Positions 49,676-60,017 of a stretch of 64,000 bases of DNA are shown one piece after another. A program made the translations under genes and the position numbers. The notes under the pieces are model-generated. The model ran no database searches and was not told the DNA's origin. It saw nothing but the letters and a program-made list of their open reading frames with translations. Every line of letters begins with the position of its first letter. Positions within the stretch are counted from its first letter, which is position 1. Source of the stretch: Candidatus Dormiibacterota bacterium (GTDB taxonomy: Bacteria; Chloroflexota; Dormibacteria; Aeolococcales; Aeolococcaceae); assembly GCA_963709585.1 (NCBI GenBank), contig CAVPXI010000016.1, forward strand, positions 96,001 through 160,000, given 5' to 3'.

Positions 49676-50546
49676 TCAGCTCTGCCCGAGACGCACAGCG
49701 ATCGCGGCGGCGAGCCGCGAAGCAGCTCCGAAGCCAATTCCTAGAAACAGCGACGGTTCGGCAAGCTCGAGCTCCAGCAGCACGGGCGCACGGTCACCGC
49801 CTCGCACCAGGTCGAACTCGGGCATACAACAGCGCGTCCCGAGGCCACGGCAGGGCGTCCAACGTTGCCTCGGCGACAGCCCGCTCATCTGCATCCGCCG
49901 AGCGGCTCGTGATGTCCTCGACGGCCCAGAGTTGATCCGTTGCAACGCCGGAGGCGCGAAGCAGCGGGCCCTTCCGAACCGCGTGCGAGAAGAGTCCGTC
50001 GATGTAGATGAGCCCGGTTTCGCCGTCGGCGTCGACCGACGTGAGGTAGGGCTGCGCCATCGCCGTCCGGCCCTCCGACAGCAGCCGTTCCATGTGGTGC
50101 CGCGCTGCGACGTGCTCGTCCGGACCGTATCGCGACGTGTTCTGTGCGCCCGACGAGATCGACGGTTTCACGACGATGTGGCCGCCGGGAAGGAGAACGT
50201 CGCCCCACCGCGACCCGGGTTCGATCCATGTCGTCGGCACCGTCGGAACTCCGGCCGCGGCGAGCTCGCGCAGGTAGGTCTTGTCGGTGTTCCAGGTGAT
50301 CACCGCGAGGGAGTTGAGCACTGCCGGCAGGCCGGCGCACCATTCTAGGAACGCGTCACGTCGACCCGCGTAGTCCCAGGTCGATCGGATGACCACCAAC
50401 CGGAAGCCGTCCCATCGAACTGACGGGTCATCCCACACGCGAGCCACGGCGGCGATGCCGCGAGCTTCGAGCGCGGGGATGAGCAGGCGCTCGTCGGCGT
50501 CGAGGTCGGGGAGGAGCGAGCACGTTGCGAGCGCGACGTCAGCCAG
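49676..50546 (-). CDS. RimK/glutathione synthetase-like ATP-grasp protein (apparent frameshift at 49814; probable CTG start)
   Basis: IRSTWDY, WNTDKTYL, VVKP, then YARVDL..ELELAEPSLF once GAACTC is corrected to GACTC. Confidence 0.82.
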
Positions 50547-50766
50547 GTCGAGATTACCTCCGCGATGAGCGAAGAAGGGCCGGAACGATCGTGGCGGCCG
50601 GGGTGGGCATCATGAACCGGCGCCCGCAGGAAAGCGGTCTTTGTACGCCAGCGGACCGCCGCGACGGCCCGTCCTGTGGCTTTAATGAGCGCATTGATGC
50701 AAGGCGACCGGTCTTGACGCGAACCTGGGCGCCGGGGTCTCGTCGAAACACAACGATGACTCGCCG

Positions 50767-51721
50767 ATGGACTCGCCGGTGATGGAGGAGCGGTTCACGA
50801 CGATCCGCGGCCAGCCTCTCCGCTACCTCATCGGCGGGCAGGGCAAGCCGCTGGTGCTGTGCCATGGCTTCCTCAGTTCGGCTGAGGAGTTCGGCGGCCG
50901 GTTCAGCGAGCTCGGCGCCTACCGAACCCTGATCATTCCGGACCTTCCGGGCAACGGCGCCTCGCCTCCGCTGCGCGGACGGCACTCGTCTGGCGCCATG
51001 GCCGACCTGCTCTTCGACCTGCTCACCCAACTCGAGATCGACACGTTCGACGTCGGCGGCCTCTGCCTCGGGGCAACGGTCGCGTGCGCGCTCGCGAAGC
51101 GGGCCGGCCACCGAGCAGAGCGGCTGGTTCTGCACACCCCGCTGCTCTCCCCCGACCTCATGCGACGGCGCTATCGAGATCAGGTCCGCCTGCTGAGCCG
51201 GCGACCGATGTGGGACGGTGTCGTCTGGCTGAGCCGTCAGCGCTGGATCAGCGACCTCTACAAGCGTTTCGTGATCGTCGAGGGTGACGTCGACGACCGC
51301 ACCGCCGACATCAACTATGAGAATCAACGCCGCGCCGATCCCCGGGCTGCCCGGGAGTGGCTCAACGATTGCCTCCGGCGTGACGATGTCGATGTGGTCG
51401 CGTCCCGAGTTCGAGAGAACCCTCATCATCGTCGCCCGCCACGATCGGCTCGTGGACGTGGAACGGCTCAAAGCGCTGATCGCAACACTTCCCGATCTCC
51501 ACGTGTTCACCGACACCGATCAGGGCCACGGCTGGAACGAGGCGGCAGTACACCGCCAGCTCGAGGTGCTCAAGGACTTCTTCGGCAACTGCCACGGGAA
51601 CGGCAGCAACGGCCGCCATGCCTCCAACCCCAGCGCTGTGACGAACGGAGCCAATGGCAGCGCGGTCCACGGGCGTCCTGCCCCCCGAGATACCGTCACC
51701 GCCCCGCTGTCACCTGCCTGA
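50767..51721 (+). CDS. Alpha/beta hydrolase with a Cys at the nucleophile elbow (apparent frameshift at 51407)
   Basis: LCHGF, DLPGNG, GLCLG; DRLV and GHGW in the second frame. Confidence 0.8.
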
Positions 51722-51870
51722 CTTCCGGAGAGCCCCGAACCGCAGCCGCGCTCGCCTGGCGTGGGGCCGGGTTGGCGGCAATCCGTTCGCAACCGAGGAG
51801 ATTGCCTGATCATGTGCGCCGTGGTTGCGAAGCCTGATGCCGGGGCGGGCGCGCCGATCGAGGCGGACGC

Positions 51871-52636
51871 GTGAGCCTCGTCGACCTGCGCCATGGCAGC
51901 GCTGAGGAGGTGCTCTCCTGGACGTACAAACGATTCCGGCGGGTCGCCCTGGTGGCCAGCTTCCAGGCTGAGTCGATGGTGCTGATCGACATGGCCTGTG
52001 GGGTCGTCCCCGAGCCTGAGGTCCTGACTCTGGACACGGGCAGGCTGCACGAGGAGACCCACGACTTCATCGACCAGGTCAGGAGGCGCTATCCGATTCG
52101 TCTTCGCATCCTTGCTCCTGATCCGGATGAGCTGGACGCGATGACGAGGGAGCACGGGACCATGCAGTTCCGCCGGTCGGTCGCGTTGCGCAACGACTGC
52201 TGCGCGGTGCGCAAGGTGAACCCGCTGGCTCGGGCGCTGCGCGAGTACGACGCATGGATCACCGGGCTGCGCCGCGAGCAGACCCCGACCCGGGCGGAAA
52301 CACCGGTCGTCGCCGGCGACCCGGGCCATGGGGGCATCACCAAGGTGGTCCCGCTGGCGAGATGGTCGCGCGCCCAGGTGTGGGACTACCTCCGCGCCCA
52401 CGGCATCGACCATCACCCGCTGTACGACCGGGGGTATACGTCGATCGGCTGCGCTCCGTGCACCCGTGCCACCGAGCCCGGGCAGAGCGAGCGTGCCGGG
52501 CGCTGGTGGTGGGAAGGGGAACTCCGACAAGGAGTGCCTCCTGCATCCCCCGCTCGAGGCCGGAGAGCAGGCCAGGCTGCGTGGCGTCCGGGTCAGCGTC
52601 CCGCTGGGAGCAGTGCGCTCAACTTCGCGGCCATGA
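51871..52636 (+). CDS. cysH: APS/PAPS reductase CysH, 4Fe-4S type (apparent frameshift at 52519)
   Basis: LDTG, CCAVRK, TGLRREQ, SIGCAPCT, RAGRW. KECLLH is restored after correction. Confidence 0.88.
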
Positions 52637-53078
52637 GCACCGAGATTGCGTCCCGCGCGTCATTCACGAGGCGCGTCTCCTCCGCCGCGGTGATGGCACC
52701 CCGTGCAACGCCGAGCGAGACCCCGGCCTGGACCTCGGCGAGCGTGTCGGCCTCGACCTTGGCGGCGCGGGCTCCGGCGATCTGACCGAGGGTCTCGCCG
52801 CGGATCAGGTCGGCACCGATCTGCCGCCAGGTCAGCTTGGTGTCGGTGGTGAAGAAATCGAAGACGTGGGCCGCCTCGTCCTTGAACTGGCCGGTGGCGG
52901 CGAGGCCGCCGGAGGCCAGCAGCGACGACGCGGCGGTGGAAGCCGTGGAGAGCGACGCGGTCTGCGCCGGGGGAGCGGCCGCGGCGGTACGGTCGACGGC
53001 CACCACCGTGCCAAGGGCCACGACGGCAGCACCGAGCACGGCGATGACGACATTCGTTGGGCGGAGCAGCGGGTGCAT
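52593..53078 (-). CDS. Hypothetical exported/membrane-anchored protein
   Basis: N-terminal hydrophobic helix, Ala-rich linker, GETLGQIA..GAITAAE helical domain. Confidence 0.6.
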   Translation of the reverse strand: MHPLLRPTNVVIAVLGAAVVALGTVVAVDRTAAAAPPAQTASLSTASTAASSLLASGGLAATGQFKDEAAHVFDFFTTDTKLTWRQIGADLIRGETLGQIAGARAAKVEADTLAEVQAGVSLGVARGAITAAEETRLVNDARDAISVLMAAKLSALLPAGR

Positions 53079-53219
53079 GATGGATCCCCCGGGGTGTGCG
53101 ATTGGTCGCTCACAGCGTAGTCCGAATCAAGCGACCGAGAAGCCGGCAGCGCGGCGTGTGCTAGACTCCATCTCGACCTAGCCCCGCTAGGTCTCTTTTG
53201 TGTTTGAGGCATTTGACAC

Positions 53220-53387
53220 GTGGCCACGGCCAAGGGCGGTTCCGCAATCATCACGTTGCAGTGCAACGTATGCAAGGAACGCAATTACACGACGGTCAAG
53301 AACAAACGAAATGACCCGGATCGTCTGGAGTTGCGGAAGTTCTGCAGGCGTTGCCGCGTACACAGGCCGCATCGCGAGACCAAGTGA
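53220..53387 (+). CDS. rpmG: 50S ribosomal protein L33 (zinc-binding form)
   Basis: My own translation: [55 protein letters not shown]. Confidence 0.95.
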   Translation: MATAKGGSAIITLQCNVCKERNYTTVKNKRNDPDRLELRKFCRRCRVHRPHRETK

Positions 53388-53391
53388 CCGA

Positions 53392-53467
53392 AGGGGCGTA
53401 GCTCAGCTGGTAGAGCATCGGTCTCCAAAACCGAGGGTCGCGCGTTCGAGTCGTGCCGCCCCTGCCA
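53392..53467 (+). tRNA. tRNA-Trp (CCA)
   Basis: 76-nt cloverleaf, anticodon arm TCGGT-CTCCAAA-ACCGA, GTTCGAG T-loop, encoded CCA end, canonical position between rpmG and secE. Confidence 0.97.
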
Positions 53468-53521
53468 TCACCCACCCAGCACTGCCCGCCCCGGCAGCAC
53501 CACCAGGAGAGATCACCGTCA

Positions 53522-53881
53522 ATGGCCAAGGCTCGAATCGCGCAGGGCGGCCCGCGCCCACCCCGGCCCGCCTTGACCGGGGCCGGATCGGGCGGATCCG
53601 GACGGGGTGGCCCGGTCGGCTATCTCCGTGGCGTGTGGGAGGAGCTGAAGAAGGTCGTCTGGCCGGCGCGAGACGAACTGATGCGCATGACCGGCATCGT
53701 GATCGCAACGGTGATCATCTTCGCTGCGCTGGTCGGTGGAGCGGACTACCTATTGAGCCTCGGGGTCAAGCAGGCGGTCACGCAACAGGTGAACAACGCG
53801 ACCCCGGCACCGGCGGCAACCACCGCCCCGGTGACCACATCCGCACCGGCCGCGACCGCGGCCCCAACGGTGTCGCCGTAG
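53522..53881 (+). CDS. secE: Preprotein translocase subunit SecE
   Basis: YLRGVWEELKKVVWP plus one TM helix; Pro/Ala/Thr-rich tail. Confidence 0.92.
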   Translation: MAKARIAQGGPRPPRPALTGAGSGGSGRGGPVGYLRGVWEELKKVVWPARDELMRMTGIVIATVIIFAALVGGADYLLSLGVKQAVTQQVNNATPAPAATTAPVTTSAPAATAAPTVSP

Positions 53882-53894
53882 CCGTCGTGGGAGA

Positions 53895-54458
53895 ATGAAC
53901 ATCGCTGTGAGCAACGCCGTTTCCGCCAAGGACGCCCGCTGGTACGTGGTGCACGCGTATTCCGGCCACGAGGAGAAGGTTCGCGCGAACCTCCTCAAGC
54001 GCGTCGAGTCGATGGACATGCACGACCAGATCTTCGACGTCCTGGTTCCGACCGAGGAGGTCATGGAGATCAAGGATGGTCAGCGCCGCAAGGTGAGCAA
54101 GCGGATCTTCCCCGGCTACATCCTCGTCAACATGGTCATGTCGGACGAGTCGTGGTACGTGGTCCGCAACACACCGGGGGTGACCTCCTTCGTCGGCTCG
54201 GGCAACAAGCCCGTCCCTCTGCAGGAGCACGAGATTCGGGGCATCCAGAAGCAGGTGAAAGCCGAGGCTCCGACCAAGGTCAACGTCGAGTACGAGGTCG
54301 GCGAGAACGTTCGGGTCATTGATGGCCCGTTCACCGACTTCCACGGCAAGGTCACCGAGATCAACGTGGAGAAGGGCAAGCTCAAGGTGCTCGTCAACAT
54401 GTTCGGACGCGAGACACCCGTCGAGCTCGACCTGCTCCAGGTCGAGCGGTTGCGCTAG
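53895..54458 (+). CDS. nusG: Transcription termination/antitermination factor NusG
   Basis: [18 protein letters not shown] motif [15 protein letters not shown]. Confidence 0.97.
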   Translation: MNIAVSNAVSAKDARWYVVHAYSGHEEKVRANLLKRVESMDMHDQIFDVLVPTEEVMEIKDGQRRKVSKRIFPGYILVNMVMSDESWYVVRNTPGVTSFVGSGNKPVPLQEHEIRGIQKQVKAEAPTKVNVEYEVGENVRVIDGPFTDFHGKVTEINVEKGKLKVLVNMFGRETPVELDLLQVERLR

Positions 54459-54477
54459 CACGAGAACAAGGATCCCG

Positions 54478-54900
54478 ATGAGCAAGAAGAAGATCAAGAC
54501 CGTCATCAAGCTGCAGCTCCAGGCCGGCAAGGCGACTCCCGCTCCGCCTGTCGGCACCGCGCTGGGTCCGCACGGGCTCAACATCATGGAGTTCTGCAAG
54601 GCGTACAACGAGCGCACCGCCAACCTCTCGGGGGTGATCCCGGCTCAGATCACCGTGTACGAGGACCGGACCTTCAGCTTCATCACCAAGACGCCGCCGG
54701 CATCGGAGCTCTTGAAGAAGGCTGCGGGCGTGCAGAAAGGATCGGGAAACCCGAACCGAGACAAGGTCGGCTCGCTTTCGAGGCAGCAGGTACGTGAGAT
54801 CGCCGAGATCAAGCAGGTTGACCTCAACGCCCACGACCTCGAACAAGCGACGAGGATCATCGAGGGGACGGCGCGATCCATGGGTCTGAACGTCAACTGA
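54478..54900 (+). CDS. rplK: 50S ribosomal protein L11
   Basis: [26 protein letters not shown]. Confidence 0.97.
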   Translation: MSKKKIKTVIKLQLQAGKATPAPPVGTALGPHGLNIMEFCKAYNERTANLSGVIPAQITVYEDRTFSFITKTPPASELLKKAAGVQKGSGNPNRDKVGSLSRQQVREIAEIKQVDLNAHDLEQATRIIEGTARSMGLNVN

Positions 54901-54908
54901 GCCACTGA

Positions 54909-54943
54909 GTGGGAGGGCGCCCGGGTGCGTCCGCCAACACCAC
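54909..54943 (+). promoter_or_regulatory. Probable L1-binding autoregulatory leader upstream of rplA
   Basis: GUGG-GAG-(GC stem-loop)-GCCAACA-CCAC: two helices around an asymmetric internal loop, resembling the known L1 mRNA target. Confidence 0.6.
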
Positions 54944-54955
54944 GGAGAGAGTGAG

Positions 54956-55666
54956 ATGCCCAAACAACACGGCAAGAAGTACCGCGAGGCGGCGAGCGCG
55001 ATCGAGGACGGGAAGTTCTATCCCCCGGCCGAGGCGGTGAGCCTCGTCCGCCAGACTGCGGTCACGGCGTTCGATTCGTCGATCGAGGCGCACATCCGCC
55101 TCGGCATCGATCCACGCCACGCCGACCAGGTGGTCCGGAGCACGGTGACCCTGCCGCACGGTACCGGTAAGACCCGGCGCATCGCGGTCTTCGCGACCGG
55201 TGAGAAGCTCCGCGAGGCGATCGAGGCGGGGGCCGACGTGGTCGGCGGCGAGGACCTGGTCAAGAAGGTTCAGGGCGGTGAGATCGACTTCGACGTCGCG
55301 CTCGCGACTCCCGAGGTGATGGGCATGGTCGGGCGGTTGGGCAAGATTCTCGGACCGCGCGGGCTGATGCCCAACCCCAAGGCGGGCACGGTGACCTTCG
55401 ACATCGCCAAGGCGATCCAGGACGTCCAGGGCGGACGGGTCGAGTTCCGCAATGACAGAACGGGCATCATCCACACCGCAATCGGTAAAGCTTCGTTCGA
55501 CGACGACAAATTGCGCGACAATTTCGCCGCTTTGATGGATGCCATCGTTCGAGCCAAACCGACCGGCGCGAAAGGGACGTACGTGAAGACGGTGACGATC
55601 GCTGCGACCATGGGGCCTGGCATAGCCGTCGACCCGGTGCAGGCAGCACGACTGTCGGTGGGCTGA
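54956..55666 (+). CDS. rplA: 50S ribosomal protein L1
   Basis: [41 protein letters not shown]. Confidence 0.97.
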   Translation: MPKQHGKKYREAASAIEDGKFYPPAEAVSLVRQTAVTAFDSSIEAHIRLGIDPRHADQVVRSTVTLPHGTGKTRRIAVFATGEKLREAIEAGADVVGGEDLVKKVQGGEIDFDVALATPEVMGMVGRLGKILGPRGLMPNPKAGTVTFDIAKAIQDVQGGRVEFRNDRTGIIHTAIGKASFDDDKLRDNFAALMDAIVRAKPTGAKGTYVKTVTIAATMGPGIAVDPVQAARLSVG

Positions 55667-55679
55667 GGTCGCGATCGAT

Positions 55680-56912
55680 TTGATCCGGCTCCTCATCGTC
55701 GACGACATTGCGAGCACTCGGGACAACCTGCGCAAGCTGCTTGGGTTCGAAGAGGACATCGAGGTCATCGGCACCGCCGGCGATGGCAAGCAGGGGCTCG
55801 AGGAAGCACACCGGCTGCTGCCCGACATCGTGCTCACCGACGTGAACATGCCGATCATGGACGGGATCCAGCTCACCGAACGGCTCGCCCAGGAGCTGCC
55901 GGCATGCCCGGTGATCATCATGTCGGTGCAGGGCGAGCGCGACTACCTGCGCCGCGCGATGCAGGCAGGAGCGCGCGAGTACCTGATCAAGCCGTTCAGC
56001 CACGACGAGCTTGTCGCGGCGATTCGCCGTGTCCATCAGCTCGAGGAGAAGAAGGGGACCTTCGCCCGGGCCGCGGCGCCGGACGGCACCGGCGCCCCGC
56101 GCGCGGCGGCGCTCGGCGAGGTGATCGTGCTCTTCTCCGGCAAGGGCGGGGTGGGGAAGACGCTGCTTGCGACCAACCTGTCGGTGGCGCTTGCCGCCGA
56201 GACCGAGTCGCGCGTCGCGCTGGTCGATCTCGACCTCCAGTTCGGGGACATCGGCGTCATGCTCAACCTCGATCACAGCCGGAGCATCACCGACGTCGTG
56301 GATTCGGAGATCCTCGAGCCCGAGATGCTCAACGAGATCATGGCGCACGGGCCGAACGGGGTCCGCGTGCTGCTCGCGCCGATCAGCCCGGAGCTCGCCG
56401 ACCTGATCACCAACGACCACGTTCGCATGGTCATGGCGGAGCTGCGCAAGACCTTCGACTACGTCGTCGTCGACACGTCGTCGCACCTGGCTGACTTCAA
56501 CCTCGAGGTCATCGAATCGGCGCAGCACGTCCTGGTCGTGACCGCACTGACGATCCCGGCGATCAAGGACGCCAAACTGGCGCTCAAGGTGCTCGAATCG
56601 CTCACCGTCGACGTGGCCTCCGTGCTCCTGGTCGTCGATCGGAGCGATTCGCACTCCGATTTCAACAAGGACTCGATCGAGCAGAACCTCCGGCACTCTG
56701 TCGGCGCCCAGATTCCGTACGACCCGCGCGTCGTCGGTGAATCGATCAACCGGGGGATTCCGTTCGTGACCTCGAGCCCGGAGTCGGACATCAGCCGCTC
56801 GATTCGCGAGCTTGCCGGCGCGTTGGTTCCTGCCGGCGGTCAGCCGGTCGGGGCCGGGGTCGCGGGGGCCAAAGCCGACGACAAGCGCAAACGGCGCATC
56901 TTCGGCCGCTAA
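55680..56912 (+). CDS. REC + CpaE/TadZ (MinD/ParA-like) ATPase, paralog 1
   Basis: Intact receiver (VDD, TDVNMP, KP), GKGGVGKT, DLDLQFGD. Confidence 0.9.
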   Translation: MIRLLIVDDIASTRDNLRKLLGFEEDIEVIGTAGDGKQGLEEAHRLLPDIVLTDVNMPIMDGIQLTERLAQELPACPVIIMSVQGERDYLRRAMQAGAREYLIKPFSHDELVAAIRRVHQLEEKKGTFARAAAPDGTGAPRAAALGEVIVLFSGKGGVGKTLLATNLSVALAAETESRVALVDLDLQFGDIGVMLNLDHSRSITDVVDSEILEPEMLNEIMAHGPNGVRVLLAPISPELADLITNDHVRMVMAELRKTFDYVVVDTSSHLADFNLEVIESAQHVLVVTALTIPAIKDAKLALKVLESLTVDVASVLLVVDRSDSHSDFNKDSIEQNLRHSVGAQIPYDPRVVGESINRGIPFVTSSPESDISRSIRELAGALVPAGGQPVGAGVAGAKADDKRKRRIFGR

Positions 56913-56913
56913 G

Positions 56914-58167
56914 CTAGTCCCGGGCGAAGCCGAGCCGCCGCCGGCTGCGTTTCTTCCCGGACGGCTCGGCGACGGATTCCGGGTCGGCGTCGCCGGTGAG
57001 CGCGGACGCGAGACGTTCGAACGCGGCGGTCGCGGGCGAGGAATGGCCGCCGATCACGATCGGCACCCCCGAGCTGACCGATCCGCCGATCGCGGTCGCG
57101 TCGTGAGGGATCACAGCAGCGACCGGGTGACGGAGAAAGTCCTCGATCCGAGCGCGATCCATGCCGCCGGCGAGCGGAGCGTCGCGGTGGTTCGCTACCA
57201 CGACGATGCGTTCGGGGTCCACCTGCAGGACGCCGATCACCGACATGATGAGGCGCGTGTTCTTCACCGAGGTCACGCTGAAGTCGGTGACGAGCACGAT
57301 GTGATCGGAGTTCTCGAGCGCCTCCAGGGTGATCTCGGAGAGTTGCGAGGTGGTGTCGGCCACCACGAGCTCGAAGGTGGAGCGGAGCTCGGCCACCAGG
57401 GAGCGCAGATGAGCCGTGGTGACGTAATCGGCGAGCTCGGGGCTTGGTGGCGCCGCGAGCACCGTCAGTCCCTGCGGACCGAGCGAGAGCGCCTGCTGGA
57501 TCACGTGGCGATCGGACATCGCCGCGTCGCTGGCGGCGAACTCGGCGATCGAGCCGTCGGGGGTCATCGCGAGCAGTGCCGCAACGTCGCCGAACTGCAG
57601 CGACAGGTCGACGAGCACGACGCTGCCCGGATGCGGCCGGTTGAGCACGAGGGCCAGGTTGGTGGCGATGATCGATTTGCCCACCCCGCCCTTGCCGGAG
57701 ACGACGGTGATCATCCTTCCGTCGCGACGCCGAGCCCCGTCTGAAGCGGCGGGTCCGCCGTTCGCCGGCTGGCGGATCGACTGTGCTGCCCGCTTGCGTA
57801 CCTGGAACGCGTGCACCCTGTGGATCGCGGCCACCAGGTCGTCCCCGGCGAACGGCTTCTGGAGCACCTCGCGTGCGCCCGCGAGCATCGCCCGACGGAA
57901 CAGCTCGCTGCCGCTCTCCATCGACATCAGGATCACCCCCGCCTGGGGCGCGTACTCGGCGAGCATCTCGGTCGCCTGGACGCCGTCGAGGCCGGTCAGG
58001 CCGGCGTCAAGGATGGCGATGTCCGGGACCAGGTGCAACGCCTCCTGGAGGGCGTGTTCACCGTCCTCGGCGGTGCCGCAGACGGTGATGTCCTCCTCGG
58101 CGGCGAGGCGGCGCAGAAGGTTGGCGCGAATGCGCTCGCTGCCGTCGGCAACCAGGACGCGGATCAC
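56914..58167 (-). CDS. REC + CpaE/TadZ ATPase, paralog 2
   Basis: Receiver (ADGS, ILDAG, KP), GKGGVGKS, DLSLQFGD. Confidence 0.88.
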   Translation of the reverse strand: MIRVLVADGSERIRANLLRRLAAEEDITVCGTAEDGEHALQEALHLVPDIAILDAGLTGLDGVQATEMLAEYAPQAGVILMSMESGSELFRRAMLAGAREVLQKPFAGDDLVAAIHRVHAFQVRKRAAQSIRQPANGGPAASDGARRRDGRMITVVSGKGGVGKSIIATNLALVLNRPHPGSVVLVDLSLQFGDVAALLAMTPDGSIAEFAASDAAMSDRHVIQQALSLGPQGLTVLAAPPSPELADYVTTAHLRSLVAELRSTFELVVADTTSQLSEITLEALENSDHIVLVTDFSVTSVKNTRLIMSVIGVLQVDPERIVVVANHRDAPLAGGMDRARIEDFLRHPVAAVIPHDATAIGGSVSSGVPIVIGGHSSPATAAFERLASALTGDADPESVAEPSGKKRSRRRLGFARD

Positions 58168-58179
58168 GGCGCCACCACC

Positions 58180-59420
58180 TTACCTCCGACCCAGGCTGAA
58201 TCGCCGGCGGTAGACGGGAGGCTCGGGCGCGGGCACCTCGCCAGTTTCATCCTCGGCGACGCTGTCAGGGACGGTGACGAGCTGTGCCAGCGCCGTCAGG
58301 CGGCGAGCCAGCTCGGCGTGTGGCTGGGCCAGAACGAACGGGGTTCCCGAAGTTCGAGCGATGGGTCGACCCGCGGGTCGTAGGGAAGATCGACGAGGGT
58401 GCGCCGGCCGAGAATCTCCTCGATGTCCTCGCGGCGGTAGTTTGTGCGCGGACGCGTGTGGTTGAGGACGACGTCGACGCGGTCCGGGTCGATGCCGAGC
58501 GCTTCGAGCAGCAGCAGGGTCGCCTTGGTTCCTCGCACCGCACTGAGGTTGTAGCTGGTCACGAGCAGGACGCGGTCAGCCAGCTCGAAGGCATCAAGCA
58601 CCCGCTCATCGATGTGGGAAGGAGTATCGATGACCACGAACTCGTGTCCCCGGGCCGCCGTCCGGATGATCGAGCGGAGACTGGCGGTGGCGATCGCCTC
58701 GCCGAGCTCCGGGCTCGATGGGGCGCGCAGGACCCTGACCTCCCCGGGACCGGTGGCAAGAACCTCGTCGAGCACCGCGCTCGCGACGTCATCGCCGAGC
58801 GGTGCCAGGTCCGCGATCGAGGGCAGATGGTGTTCGACGTGCAGCATTCCAGCGGCGTCCCCGAACTGGAGATCGGTGTCCACCAGGACCGCGCGTCCGC
58901 CGGCACCGTCGGCGAGCGCGACCGCGAGGTTGGTCGCGACCATCGACGTACCGGTTCCGCCCTTCCCGGAGAACGCGACCAGCACGATCCCCCGGCCTCG
59001 AGGTGCTCGAACCGCGCGTAGGGTCGCGCCGACGACCGGATCCGCGGTGCCCGGGCGCGGGTAGTCCTCGAGACCGACCGCGGTGCGGATTGCGATGAGG
59101 AGCTCCGCACCGCCGGCCGAGTCACTGATCGCCCCCGCGATCCGAGCGTCCGTATCCAGAGGCGCGTCCCCGGATGTCATGAGCAGCACCCGGGTTGCCG
59201 GGGACGCCGCGCCGAGATGCGCGGCGAAGTCAGCCTCGGGCAGATCGGTGAAACCCTCGTGGATCACGAGCAGATCGGGTTGGCGCATGCGCGCTTCCTC
59301 GATGACAGATGACGCGTGGTGCGCGACGCCGCACACCTCGACGACGTCACCGTACGGCCCGAGCTTCTCGAGGTCGCCGACGATTCGCGCGATCTCGTCC
59401 GCAATGAGTACGCGGATCAC
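58180..59420 (-). CDS. Pseudo-REC + CpaE/TadZ ATPase, paralog 3 (apparent +2 frameshift at 58349-58355)
   Basis: GKGGTGTS, DTDLQFGD. Correcting GAAGTTC to GAGTC restores SLDSGTPFVL...RRRFSLGRR with a stop at 58180. Confidence 0.85.
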
Positions 59421-59523
59421 GTCCACCCCCCGCGTGCCGAGTGCATTGATCGCATGGTACGGCGAATTCCGAACACGCGGATCCGGTGCACCGCGTCGCG
59501 ACACAGGCGTTCACAACAGCAAT

Positions 59524-59559
59524 AAAAAAGAGGAGCCGACCCGTTGGCCGGCTCCTCTT
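59524..59559 (-). terminator. Rho-independent terminator downstream of the Flp pilin gene
   Basis: AAGAGGAGCCG/CGGCTCCTCTT stem running into a T-tract on the minus strand. Confidence 0.85.
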
Positions 59560-59583
59560 GACTGTCCTGGTTGCTTGTAAAAG

Positions 59584-59784
59584 CTACGAGGCCAGGCCGT
59601 TGCTGATGTTCGAGAACACGTTGTTGACCTGCTTGCCGACGACTTGCAGGATAACGATAACGACGATGGCGATAAGGACGAGGATGAGCGCATACTCAAC
59701 CATGCCCTGGCCTTCCTCAGCCTCCTCACGCTTGCGAGCGATGAACTCTGTTGCGCGAAGGTACAGGGTGCTCAGCATATCCAT
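59584..59784 (-). CDS. flp: Flp family type IV pilin
   Basis: EEGQGMVEYALIL Flp motif plus hydrophobic helix; strong AAAGGAGGTGA RBS. Confidence 0.93.
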   Translation of the reverse strand: MDMLSTLYLRATEFIARKREEAEEGQGMVEYALILVLIAIVVIVILQVVGKQVNNVFSNISNGLAS

Positions 59785-60017
59785 TCTTGTTCACCTCCTT
59801 TCGGGTTGTATTTTCGAGGCCGAGACGAATGCTCGGACCCGACTGCTGCGAGTGTGGACCCCTGCTGCTGCAACGGGAATGGCCTGCGTGCTAAAGATTG
59901 GTAACGAAGGATCGGACACGACGCGGACAGTGCGCAGGCAACGAGAAACCGTGGTGATTCGATGACAACCGCGCTACGAGAGCGTCGCCCTGAATTCGCC
60001 TGACCTAAACTCCGGCC

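Noticed and set aside
53175-53199. Hairpin plus T-run just upstream of rpmG
   Set aside because: Could be a leader structure or terminator, but the evidence is too thin to assign a role.
3282-58355. Pseudogene calls or programmed frameshifting for the split genes
   Set aside because: The breaks share one short motif, there are no in-frame stops or other decay, and no slippery heptamers. Sequencing error is the simpler explanation.
59785-59910. Riboswitch in the flp 5' leader
   Set aside because: Only small hairpins; no recognisable aptamer consensus.
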